Source: a virus. From it: DNA of 64,000 nt. Made by a program: the position numbers and the translations under genes. The DNA is taken from IMG/VR virus record IMGVR_UViG_3300045988_061465, positions 72,493 through 136,492 of that record; one strand, given 5' to 3'. Below the pieces are notes generated by a model. The model was not told where the DNA came from. It ran no database searches and worked only from the letters and a program-made list of their open reading frames with translations. Positions 37,965-46,817 of this stretch are shown one piece after another; position 1 is the first letter of the stretch; each line of letters starts with the position of its first letter.

Positions 37965-38345
37965 CTAATTATTAGCAGGAGGTTCTTCTCTAATAGTAAT
38001 AGAATTTCTATTGGCTACATCGCATTCAGGGAATACATAAATATTATGAAGGTCACAACATATCATAATATCTACTTCTTCCTCATCATACTTATGAATA
38101 GTTCCCTTGTTATAATTATTACTTGTTAGGCTAAAACTCAAAGAATTATTTACAGTTTTACTAGCTGTAGTTTTCACCTGGGTTTTATAAAACTTTTTAT
38201 TGTAATATATAACAAAGTCAAATGGAAGATTATCAGACATAGGCAGAAGAATGTCTAAACCATATTTTGATAATTCCCCTATAGCTATACGTTCACCAAT
38301 TTCTCCAAGCTATTTTTTGTTTTTTAATTCGTCTACATTTATCAT
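37965..38345 (-). CDS. YraN/PD-(D/E)XK-like small nuclease; upstream start at 38345 requires read-through of an in-frame TAG
   Basis: The ORF track gives 37965..38240. Extending upstream adds M INVDELKNKK[TAG]LGEIGERIAIGELSKYGLDILLP, a conserved-looking GE-rich N-terminus typical of this fold. If TAG is sense, the 3' end may instead extend to a TGA near 37878. Confidence 0.4.
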
Positions 38346-38366
38346 AATTTTAAGTGTTTATAATAG

Positions 38367-38437
38367 TTCTCCCTAAGAGAGTCGAACTCTTGTCTTCTGA
38401 TTAAAAGTCAGAAGCTCTACCGTTGAGCTAAGGGAGA
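38367..38437 (-). tRNA. tRNA-Lys (anticodon UUU)
   Basis: Acceptor TCTCCCT/AGGGAGA. Anticodon stem TCTGA/TCAGA with loop CTTTTAA. Confidence 0.7.
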
Positions 38438-38444
38438 ATAACTG

Positions 38445-38516
38445 TCTTCCCTCCCAGATTCGAACTGGGATTAGAGGCTTAGAAGGCCACTGTTCTATCC
38501 GTTGAACTAAGGGAAG
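38445..38516 (-). tRNA. tRNA-Arg (anticodon UCU)
   Basis: Acceptor CTTCCCT/AGGGAAG. Anticodon loop CTTCTAA. The stem has one T-T mismatch. T-arm CCCAGTTCGAATCTGGG. Confidence 0.55.
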
Positions 38517-38568
38517 TAATAGTCCACTATTATACACAGCAGACTATCAAGATTGTAGTTAATAATTG

Positions 38569-39528
38569 TTAAATCTTCTCTTCGGAAATAAGAGCATTAC
38601 CGCACGTTATTCTGTCAGCATCTTCTTCTTTAGACGGAACAAATACGATAACATCCCAACCTTCTTCAAGTAAAGGCTGTTCGAATTGACGATAAACATT
38701 ATAATCAGAGTAGCCAGTTACTTCAAAACCATTCTCAACTGCAGATGCAGTTTCATGAATAGGAGTTATTTTCACAATAAACTTCTCTTTATCGAAAAGT
38801 CTAGATAACTCCTTTGCATCCAGAATAGTCTGTGCAGTAACTGGGAAATTCAACGTATACTTTCTACCTTTTGGCATAGGTAAACGATTAGCCATTTCAG
38901 AAATAGTAGCTAATGAATGACTTTTGTTGTCAAATAGCTCTCTTCTCTGTTCATCATCAGTAGAATTTATTGAGAATTGAAGACCTGCCTCACCCCCGTA
39001 GAAATCATTCTTGATTCCACACCAAGTTTGTATGAAGTTCTCTAGTTTTCTATTAGCTCTAGGAAGCATAGTAGAAACTACTGGATGGACAGTCTTAGCT
39101 ATCAATCCACAACTCTTTACTACTTCTTTTAGAACAATCCCAAATGCTAGTACATTATCATTCCAAGTTGGCTCTCCCATTCTTGCGAAATGCACGTTGA
39201 ATCTGTCAGTATTCCTAACAGTTTCATTCTTGATAATGTTTCTTATTTGCCATTCCATCTCTTCAATAGAAGCGTTTCCATAGAATCCAAATTTCGGAAC
39301 ATCACAGAACTTGCATTTCATCGGACAACCTTTCTGGGTAGAAATGGTTGCAACCCACTTCTTACTAAGGTCAACTTCAGTATTAGCTACCCCATTAATC
39401 TCCTTAGTTAATCCTAGGAAATTAGCTTTGATGTTGTTCTCTTTCCCATAGTCTCCTACGGTTAGAAATTCAAGTTTATGTTCTGTATCAACATAAATCT
39501 TTCCTGTGTGAGTAAGTATTGTCTTCAT
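38569..39528 (-). CDS. radical SAM domain protein
   Basis: CPMKCKFCDV matches the CxxxCxxC radical-SAM cluster motif. 319 aa. Confidence 0.6.
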   Translation of the reverse strand: MKTILTHTGKIYVDTEHKLEFLTVGDYGKENNIKANFLGLTKEINGVANTEVDLSKKWVATISTQKGCPMKCKFCDVPKFGFYGNASIEEMEWQIRNIIKNETVRNTDRFNVHFARMGEPTWNDNVLAFGIVLKEVVKSCGLIAKTVHPVVSTMLPRANRKLENFIQTWCGIKNDFYGGEAGLQFSINSTDDEQRRELFDNKSHSLATISEMANRLPMPKGRKYTLNFPVTAQTILDAKELSRLFDKEKFIVKITPIHETASAVENGFEVTGYSDYNVYRQFEQPLLEEGWDVIVFVPSKEEDADRITCGNALISEEKI

Positions 39529-39808
39529 TGTTCTTCAATTGCCTTCCAAATGATAATTAATATTATGAATACTACTATATAGGTCATGGTACAATCCTCC
39601 AATCCAATCTATTCATCACTATTCTGAATTTGTTAGCTTCTGACCAGCTACGGAAAGACCTAACGATCTTCCCGTAACTGTCCAATAGATAATATTTCAT
39701 ACTTAACTAGCTCTCCATTGATATGAATTGTACAAAGGATTATATTACCTATAATAATCATGGTTTCCACCATGATTATCTCACCGTTTATTTCGATGAT
39801 TCTTCTCA

Positions 39809-40060
39809 TTATTGCCATAAACTAAATACTTTTTTTGTTAATGGATAGTTTCCTCTCCACTTTGTTGCATACTTAAATATACGAGAATCGCCTGTACGAC
39901 GCCAAGTAGATCGAAATAGCGGGAATAAAATCGCCATAACGACAAGTCCAAATACTAGAACAATGAAAGTTAAACCTTTCAGTATATGTTCTAATAACCA
40001 AACGGGCAAAGTAATGCCCCATCTAACAATTGCTAATAAATCTTCCATATTAGTTCTCAA
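39809..40060 (-). CDS. small membrane protein (83 aa)
   Basis: ORF track. Confidence 0.35.
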   Translation of the reverse strand: MRTNMEDLLAIVRWGITLPVWLLEHILKGLTFIVLVFGLVVMAILFPLFRSTWRRTGDSRIFKYATKWRGNYPLTKKVFSLWQ

Positions 40061-40283
40061 TTATCAGAGTGCTATGGGCTCTCAATTCCTCTTCCGAAAT
40101 CGGAATTAATTCTCCAAATACTCTTATGTATTTTTGTTCTTTAATTACTAATGATGTGGTAATTTCAGTGATTACCTCGATGTTAGCATTGTGCCATCTC
40201 TTTAAATACTGAGAATGTATTCTTCTAGACAATTCATAATTGTCTGAGGATGCAATTCTCGAAGCTTTGAATCTTTTTCTCAT
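40050..40283 (-). CDS. hypothetical protein (77 aa)
   Basis: ORF track. Confidence 0.35.
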   Translation of the reverse strand: MRKRFKASRIASSDNYELSRRIHSQYLKRWHNANIEVITEITTSLVIKEQKYIRVFGELIPISEEELRAHSTLIIEN

Positions 40284-40480
40284 GGTTTTCTTTTTAATTC
40301 GTTAAATCTTTTTCTTGCTAATGTTCCATTCACAAATGTTTCTGTAACTGTTCTAATGCCTTCTATGTGAATGGTATACTCGAAGGCGTGGTTTCCAGTG
40401 AGAGTTATCACTCTTCCCCATGAATCTGTAAATCTTGCACGAACAGTAGAAGTGCAATGTAATCTGTTGAATTTTCTCAT
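40280..40480 (-). CDS. hypothetical protein (66 aa)
   Basis: ORF track. Confidence 0.35.
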   Translation of the reverse strand: MRKFNRLHCTSTVRARFTDSWGRVITLTGNHAFEYTIHIEGIRTVTETFVNGTLARKRFNELKRKP

Positions 40481-41240
40481 TTTTCTTTTCTTTTTAATTG
40501 TTGCATTTTACACCTAAAACTTACTCACGTTATATCTAATTAGATATTAAAACCTATCTAAGTCCTTACGGGCAAGGTATCGAGTATTGTAAGAAACTGG
40601 TGCCCTCAATGTCTTGGGAAGTTATTGAGTTTTTGATTAATAGCTCTTGTACGCATTACATGTCTAGAGCCATGACAAAACCTAATTTAATAGGACGCTG
40701 GTAATAAAAATTCGTAATAAATTAAAATAATAAATAAAAATAAAAATAATAATCAGGCGCATTTACTTCTTGGTTATGCTATTGATGCTTCTCCTGAGCA
40801 GAGCCAATATTATATGACGTTATTGGCTATTTACGTCTATTCCCCTATTCTGCTATTAGGTTGGTTGCCTTATTGTGAGTCCTGGAATAGCGCGAACCTA
40901 ACGCTATAAATCTCACAGTCTACTTCATTTCCATAACTTATCCAAGTAGACGAAGGTTACCCAATCAGTATTGGGACAATCACAGCGGCGTTTATTTATA
41001 CTCGTCCCGTACGAGTTTAACAAAAAAATGTCAGGAATAGGTAATCACCTGACTATGAGCTCGGAAGCCAACTGCTCTTTGTAGGAAACTCATCCTCAGC
41101 ACACGTTTTGCTTCAATACCCGAAACGTAGAAAGCACATTTAATGACGGTTACTAACTTCCCTCCTATCTACCGACAAGTTCAGAGTTTCGTCTAGGTCT
41201 CATCAGATGGTATTTTATACTCTCCTAGGTTGAGTTTTAA

Positions 41241-41274
41241 AAATATCCCCACCGCTGTGGGGATAAAAAATGAA
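41241..41274 (-). terminator. 8-bp GC hairpin (ATCCCCAC-CGCT-GTGGGGAT) followed on the minus strand by ATTTTTAAAA
   Basis: The only strong GC hairpin in the 1.8-kb ORF-free region. Could terminate leftward transcription from 42302-42994. Confidence 0.4.
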
Positions 41275-42301
41275 CACTATCAAAAGACCTTCCTGTGCCA
41301 CTCTCCTTTGAATTGTTTCACAACAATTACATAGTCTCTGGGCGTACTCATTATAGTCTCCAATAATACACAACAATAGTTCCCTACTCCGGACTTGAAC
41401 CAGAATCTTCTCCTTTAGAGGGAGATATACTGACTTGTACTAGTAGGGAAATACTCCACCTGCCTAAGCTCCTTATGGGAGCTGTAGGCTATCTAGAATA
41501 AGATGGAGAGTTATTTAGATAGTTTCCTATGCTATCTACGTTACCAACGTTCACTAAGAATATAGGTAGCTAATCCATATTCTTGCGACTGAGTTCGAGG
41601 TAGGAAATATACCCTTATGAGGTACCCTCTTATCAGCTAGCCTTATTTTAATCTAGCGGCTTATACTAGGCAACTTCTAAATAAATAAAATGCATAACTA
41701 TAAATGATATGCTTTGGTCTACTGGCATATCAGCAGTACTTCATAATATTGCTATAAGCGACCAACCCTATAGCTCAATCCTCTTGTAATAGTGTTTAAG
41801 TTTGCGAATATACACATTACAATCGTAGCAGTTATTTTCGGATATTTGGGCTATCTGCGTAACCCCGCTTTTGTTGCCTTAACAGGCTAAATGTTAGAGT
41901 AAATAATCATTTGTAGTATGAGTTATAAAACTCGTCCTACTGGCGATTTTTTGAAAACTGGAAAAAGTCGGAAAATTGGGTGCTGACGTTGTGGACAATT
42001 ATTCTCCTTACTCTCCATATTTTCACGTGAAACATACACGATTTTACTAGAAATGATAGTCTTTCCTATCAGCCAGACATAAAACTAAAACTACTACAAA
42101 AGTTAACTCGGTTTTTGATTTTTTTGTTTTGTTGTTGATTTCTCCGTTGACCAATGTTCCAATGATGGAGTTCATATGGGCATTTTATTTTAACTCATAA
42201 TACCTTAGAGCTGCACGTTTGACTTATTTTAAATCTCGTTGTGCGCTGAGATTACAATTAGATTCTGCCACTCTCACTTATTTATACACGAGAGAGTCGT
42301 G

Positions 42302-42496
42302 TTAATCTACAAAGACAATTCTTATTACTTTTGGAATGTCTTCTTCTGACTTTTGATAAGTCATAATCCATGCTTCAGAAGTTTTACAATAAACTCTGTC
42401 CGCTTTGAGATTTAACTTTTCTCCAGTCTTTGGGTCATAGATTGCTCCCCAGCTATACAAACACTTTTTCGTTCTGAACTTTTTTCTCGTGTCCAT
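42302..42496 (-). CDS. hypothetical protein (64 aa)
   Basis: ORF track. Confidence 0.35.
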   Translation of the reverse strand: MDTRKKFRTKKCLYSWGAIYDPKTGEKLNLKADRVYCKTSEAWIMTYQKSEEDIPKVIRIVFVD

Positions 42497-42547
42497 AACT
42501 ACAAAGACTATTTGTATATAAAAGAAAGGGGATTTCTCCCCAATCTT

Positions 42548-42994
42548 TTACTCGTAATCCTCAACCTCAAGTTTGTAAGTTCTTTTGGTATAAGCCGGAA
42601 CTTCTCCGTGTGCTTCGATGTCCTCAGAGGTGACGCTTTTAACCACAAATGTTACTTTGTGGTCTATGCACCAAACAAGGAAATTAGCGTTTTCCAAAGG
42701 AGTGGAACCGATAGCGGGAGCTTTATCGTCGATAGTTACGCCGGCGAAGTGTTTAGCTCCGATTGATGCACCACTGTTAGTTGTGAAAGTGATAGGCACG
42801 AACCTTGCTTGTCCTTCTCTTTGTGTGTTGTTTGCCAGTTCCATCTTATTCATAGCAACAATCTGGAACTTATCGCCTTTCTTCAAGCCGACAACAACTG
42901 AACGTTCGTTACCTTCCAAACCTAATGAGTTTACCACTGATTTAGCACGTTCTTCTACGCTGAGATTACTGTTCTTTAATTCTTCGAGTGTCAT
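42548..42994 (-). CDS. hypothetical protein (148 aa)
   Basis: ORF track. Confidence 0.55.
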   Translation of the reverse strand: MTLEELKNSNLSVEERAKSVVNSLGLEGNERSVVVGLKKGDKFQIVAMNKMELANNTQREGQARFVPITFTTNSGASIGAKHFAGVTIDDKAPAIGSTPLENANFLVWCIDHKVTFVVKSVTSEDIEAHGEVPAYTKRTYKLEVEDYE

Positions 42995-43268
42995 AATACT
43001 AAAAATTTTTAATTTGTTAATACTGTGAGTTACTTTTGTTTTTGTTTTAGTTTTATATCAATATACAGGGGGGGGACTAAAGGGGTTGTAGGCCGGCTCT
43101 ATAGCCACTATGTTAATTTTACATGTATAGTTTATGATAAAAGCCCGGTCTGTTATAAAAATATTAACATTAGAAGCATATTCCTGATTTTGAAATTTTA
43201 ACTTTACCCCTCAGGATATTTTGAGTAATCTAGCATAGATAAATATTGAACAATTAAATTGATTAAAA

Positions 43269-44120
43269 ATGAAAAGAAATCTAAATTTATTATTTGCGAT
43301 AATAAACGCATACAAAGGAAAAGAAGATTTAGCTCACTTTAGTACTTGTGAACTAAATAAAAAGTTCGGAATATCAAAAAATGATATTCCTAAGATGTTA
43401 AAAGAATTAGTAGATCTAAATTATGTAGAGAATCATACTATTAACGGTTTTTACAATAGATATAAAATTTTAAAGGATTATCCATGTCCAAACTTTATAT
43501 TAAATGAAAAATTAACTAACGCTCAAAAGGGATTCTTGTTAAGATGTATAGAGCAGAATATAACAGAAGATTTATCTAGAAAAGAAATAGCTAGAAGAGT
43601 AAATGGGAATGAAAACTGCGGAAATTTAAAAAGAACAATAGATGGAATATTACGAGTTTATAATAACGAGTCTTCAATATTTGGAATACTAAATAATTAT
43701 TCATATATTTCTTTGATTCCAGAGAATGCGGTTTATATAGAAAATAAAGGGTATCGATCAATTACCTCCCAAGAAAAAGCACATAAAAAATCTGAAACAC
43801 AATCAGAGAAAATTGCAAAACATTTAAGATATAAATCAGAAAATAGAGCAAAGAAAAGTTCTAGATATATAGAATATTCAATTACTGAAGATTATATTGA
43901 ATCATTATTATTAAAGCAAGAATATAAGGATTATTATACTGGATTAATTCCAGAAAATTACGAAGATTACTCAATAGATAGAATAGATAGTAATTTGGGG
44001 TACGTAGAAGGAAATATTGTTATCACAACTACCAGAGTAAATGTTGCTAAGAATGATATGACCACAGAAGAATTTAAAAAATTAATTTCTGATTTATATA
44101 ATAATATTTCTAATTTCTAA
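43269..44120 (+). CDS. HNH_3-type homing-endonuclease-like DNA-binding protein
   Basis: The C-terminal SIDRIDSNLGYVEGNIVITTTRVNVAKND matches the HNH_3 pattern (DRID...N...N.K). First long plus-strand gene. Standard code. Confidence 0.5.
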   Translation: MKRNLNLLFAIINAYKGKEDLAHFSTCELNKKFGISKNDIPKMLKELVDLNYVENHTINGFYNRYKILKDYPCPNFILNEKLTNAQKGFLLRCIEQNITEDLSRKEIARRVNGNENCGNLKRTIDGILRVYNNESSIFGILNNYSYISLIPENAVYIENKGYRSITSQEKAHKKSETQSEKIAKHLRYKSENRAKKSSRYIEYSITEDYIESLLLKQEYKDYYTGLIPENYEDYSIDRIDSNLGYVEGNIVITTTRVNVAKNDMTTEEFKKLISDLYNNISNF

Positions 44121-44282
44121 ATTCCGAATTTATTAAACCCCCAGGGGGCTATTTATATAAAGTACCTGTACCCATTTACGGATAACTAAATGAAATATGT
44201 ATAATATTAGAATTAGAATTTTTTAACTTTGTATTTAACTCTTCAGAAGGTATTGTTGTATATAACTAAAAAAGAAACAATT

Positions 44283-44684
44283 ATGATTACAGACTTAGAA
44301 ACATTACTAAATTAGGACGAGTTTAAGAATCTCGTTGATGCAATTAATAAGAACTAGGAGTATTATCTATCAAGTAATGGTCTAACCATTAAAGCGGAAT
44401 CTACAGATGATTCTTTATTCTTATTAATATCTTATGAAAGATAGAAAGAGGAAAGCTGTCTAGCTAATGAAGAAGTAGGCAAATTCCAAAAATACTTAGA
44501 ATCTTTAGATGATGATTTATTTATAGATGTCTGCGAATATCTAGGAGAGTCCGAATTGAATAAAATTCAAGAATGTTTGGAAAGTGGAAAATTGGAATCA
44601 GTAAGAGCTGGGATTACTAAATTCAGAATGGCATTATCTAATGTGGTAACTATGAAAATAGAACAACTGAAAGCATATGTATGA
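44283..44684 (+). CDS. hypothetical protein with 3 in-frame TAG codons (133 aa)
   Basis: Hand translation MITDLETLLN[TAG]DEFKNLVDAINKN[TAG]EYYLSS...SYER[TAG]KEESCLANEE...KAYV, ending at TGA. Confidence 0.5.
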
Positions 44685-44821
44685 ACAAATAGCTCAAATA
44701 AGAATACTTCTTGCTAATGTAAATGCAACTATGTAGGCTTTATTTCACGAAAACGAACAGCTAAGGAAAGAACTAGAGAAATTGGCAGCGGAGAATAAAT
44801 CTCTAAAAGAGAAATAAATAC

Positions 44822-44893
44822 TGCCCTATGGTGTAATGGTTAGCACAGATGACTCTAAATCATTTAGTCTGGGTTCGAATCCTAGTAGGGCAA
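44822..44893 (+). tRNA. amber-suppressor tRNA-Gln (anticodon CUA)
   Basis: TGCCCTATGGTGTAATGGTTAGCACAGATGACTCTAAATCATTTAGTCTGGGTTCGAATCCTAGTAGGGCAA. Acceptor TGCCCTA/TAGGGCA is perfect. Anticodon stem GATGA/TCATT with loop CTCTAAA has U33, C34-U35-A36 and A37. It is a close paralogue of tRNA-Gln(UUG) at 30152-30223 and the only tRNA on the plus strand. Confidence 0.8.
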
Positions 44894-44911
44894 CGCCAAA
44901 AATTAATAGTT

Positions 44912-45139
44912 ATGATAAATTTAAATGAGAATTATGCTGTAACTCCAACAGGAGTTAAGACCCTTATTATTGAAGAGGGAGATGATTGGAATAAAGTTTG
45001 CGATAAGGTAGTTGGATGTAGATTTGATTACATATTTGTGCCTCAAGAATTTGAGAATCAAGCCTGCTACTTTCTTCCACAAATAAGTATTCAAGGAAAG
45101 CAGATAGGTAAGATATGTACTTATAAAGTAGTGAAATGA
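44912..45139 (+). CDS. hypothetical protein (75 aa; ORF-track start moved downstream of the tRNA)
   Basis: ORF track 44849..45139 overlaps the tRNA. First ATG after the tRNA is used. Confidence 0.4.
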   Translation: MINLNENYAVTPTGVKTLIIEEGDDWNKVCDKVVGCRFDYIFVPQEFENQACYFLPQISIQGKQIGKICTYKVVK

Positions 45140-45450
45140 AACAGTGTGCAGTCGTATTGAATGGTAATGATGTTGTCAAAGTTTCTAATTTAAAAAGAAA
45201 GTATGACAAAATAATGAGTAATCCCAATATGAAAATATTGGAAGAATGTGATAAAGAAATGCTAGATGAGAAATACAACTACTGGAATAGAACATTAAAT
45301 AGAAATATAGAAGAGGAGAAAAATGAGGAAGCAAAACTTCATCATTTTAGGAATCCAAAAACAGGTTGCACTATAGCAAGTATCTATCCAGATTTAGAGG
45401 AATGTAAATCATATATAAAAGACTGGATGGATTATGTTAAACTTGACTGA
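45136..45450 (+). CDS. hypothetical protein (104 aa)
   Basis: ORF track. Confidence 0.45.
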   Translation: MKQCAVVLNGNDVVKVSNLKRKYDKIMSNPNMKILEECDKEMLDEKYNYWNRTLNRNIEEEKNEEAKLHHFRNPKTGCTIASIYPDLEECKSYIKDWMDYVKLD

Positions 45451-45618
45451 TAAATACAACGAACTAACTAAGCCAAATTTAAAAGAGTTATCTGAAACTA
45501 TACTCTTAGCAGCAGAATCTTTAATTGAGATTGTTGCAGAAGAAGGAAAACAAAATGAACAATGGTTTCTAGATTACCTAGATGAATTAAATAGACTAAG
45601 TGTGATATACTAAAATAT

Positions 45619-45855
45619 ATGGATAAAGAATTTAAATTTGAAGTCTTTATTAACGGCCAACTAATAAATACGATAAAAGCTGGATATTTAGAAAGTACAC
45701 TTAGAAGTGTTCCAGAGAATAAATCATTACTGATTGATATATGGAATGTAGTTGACAATTCAGTTAGAAATCTAATTAAAAATGGACTATATAAAGACAC
45801 TACACTAGAAAAAGCAATAATTGATAATACATTTGAGGGATATGATAGACTTTAA
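45619..45855 (+). CDS. hypothetical protein (78 aa)
   Basis: ORF track. Confidence 0.4.
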   Translation: MDKEFKFEVFINGQLINTIKAGYLESTLRSVPENKSLLIDIWNVVDNSVRNLIKNGLYKDTTLEKAIIDNTFEGYDRL

Positions 45856-46057
45856 AAAGACATTGACAAACTTACATAATGAATTTCCAGAATTTGACTT
45901 GGATACATTATTTAAAATACTAGATGCTATAGTAGAAACTTCTACTCCTACAATAACCATCCCAAGTGGTATTAGATAGCCATCAGACAAACCTTGGTGG
46001 GAGGATGGTATAAATAGAATCACTTGTACTTATGATACAAAGTATGATGTTAAATAA
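45842..46057 (+). CDS. hypothetical protein with 1 in-frame TAG (71 aa)
   Basis: Hand translation MIDFKKTLTNLHNEFPEFDLDTLFKILDAIVETSTPTITIPSGIR[TAG]PSDKPWWEDGINRITCTYDTKYDVK. Confidence 0.4.
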
Positions 46058-46059
46058 AA

Positions 46060-46096
46060 ATAGGCGAACCTAATCTCTAGGCTCGCCTATTTTGTT
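46060..46096. terminator. bidirectional intrinsic terminator (ATAGGCGAACC...GGCTCGCCTAT plus TTTTGTT, or TTTTTATTT on the other strand)
   Basis: A 10-bp stem with one mismatch, a 9-nt loop and T-runs on both strands. Sits between convergent genes. Confidence 0.6.
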
Positions 46097-46286
46097 ATAT
46101 AATATAGTACCAATCAGTTCTCTCCATGACTCCTTTTTCTCTAAGCTATTTGTTATCCAAATGATAATCCCCATTTCTAAAATTCAATTCCTATTTATTA
46201 TAATCCCAATAGAAATATCCTCTCCAGCCTGGAAGTAAGAGAGTGCGACCAGTAGCCGCATATAAAGTTGCTTTGTTATAGTCCAT
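46095..46286 (-). CDS. small hypothetical protein with 2 in-frame TAG codons (63 aa)
   Basis: Minus-strand hand translation MDYNKATLYAATGRTLLLPGWRGYFYWDYNK[TAG]ELNFRNGDYHLDNK[TAG]LREKGVMERTDWYYII. Confidence 0.4.
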
Positions 46287-46361
46287 GTTACTTTTTAAAT
46301 ATAAATAGTAAATATAGATATATTCTTAATACAATCTCTTTAATGCACTTAATAATGTTTT

Positions 46362-46703
46362 TCATCGTTTCTTAGTTTTAATAAATCCATAAGTTCCTTT
46401 CTTTAATCTAGTAGTGGGAATCCATCCATTATCTAGAATAGACCTATGCCCACTCGGTTTATGTATCTTAGCCCCATCTTCGTGTTTCCATTTAGAAGCA
46501 TTTCTAGCAAAATTAGCTCGCTTCTTCTAAAGAGGGGTAGCGTTAGGATTGTTTAGTACGTGCTTAGCGTGTTCTTGTACAGATTCTCCTGCTGCCTTGG
46601 CAGATGCTGTAAATTTGCCTCTGTTCTTCTCTTTAATGTGAATGCCCGATCCATTTTTGAAAATTGGACACCCGAATGTTGTAATTTTCTTACTGTTAGA
46701 CAT
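46362..46703 (-). CDS. hypothetical basic protein with 1 in-frame TAG (113 aa)
   Basis: Minus-strand hand translation MSNSKKITTFGCPIFKNGSGIHIKEKNRGKFTASAKAAGESVQEHAKHVLNNPNATPL[TAG]KKRANFARNASKWKHEDGAKIHKPSGHRSILDNGWIPTTRLKKGTYGFIKTKKR. Confidence 0.45.
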
Positions 46704-46817
46704 TTTTAATATAATGTATTATTTATTGATTTGTATCTTACAAAGAATATTAATATACTTGAAAAGTATCAAATAAATATAGATAAATGTGATAAATGAT
46801 TAAATGAATTATGACTA

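Noticed and set aside
41187-41210. Hammerhead-ribozyme-like core on the minus strand (CUGAUGAG ... CGAAAC)
   Set aside because: The sequence between the two boxes (ACCUAGA) cannot form helix II and no helix I or III partners are evident. Probably a chance match in AT-rich DNA.
44849-44911. 5' part of ORF-track call 44849..45139
   Set aside because: Overlaps the 3' end of the suppressor tRNA. Start moved to ATG 44912.
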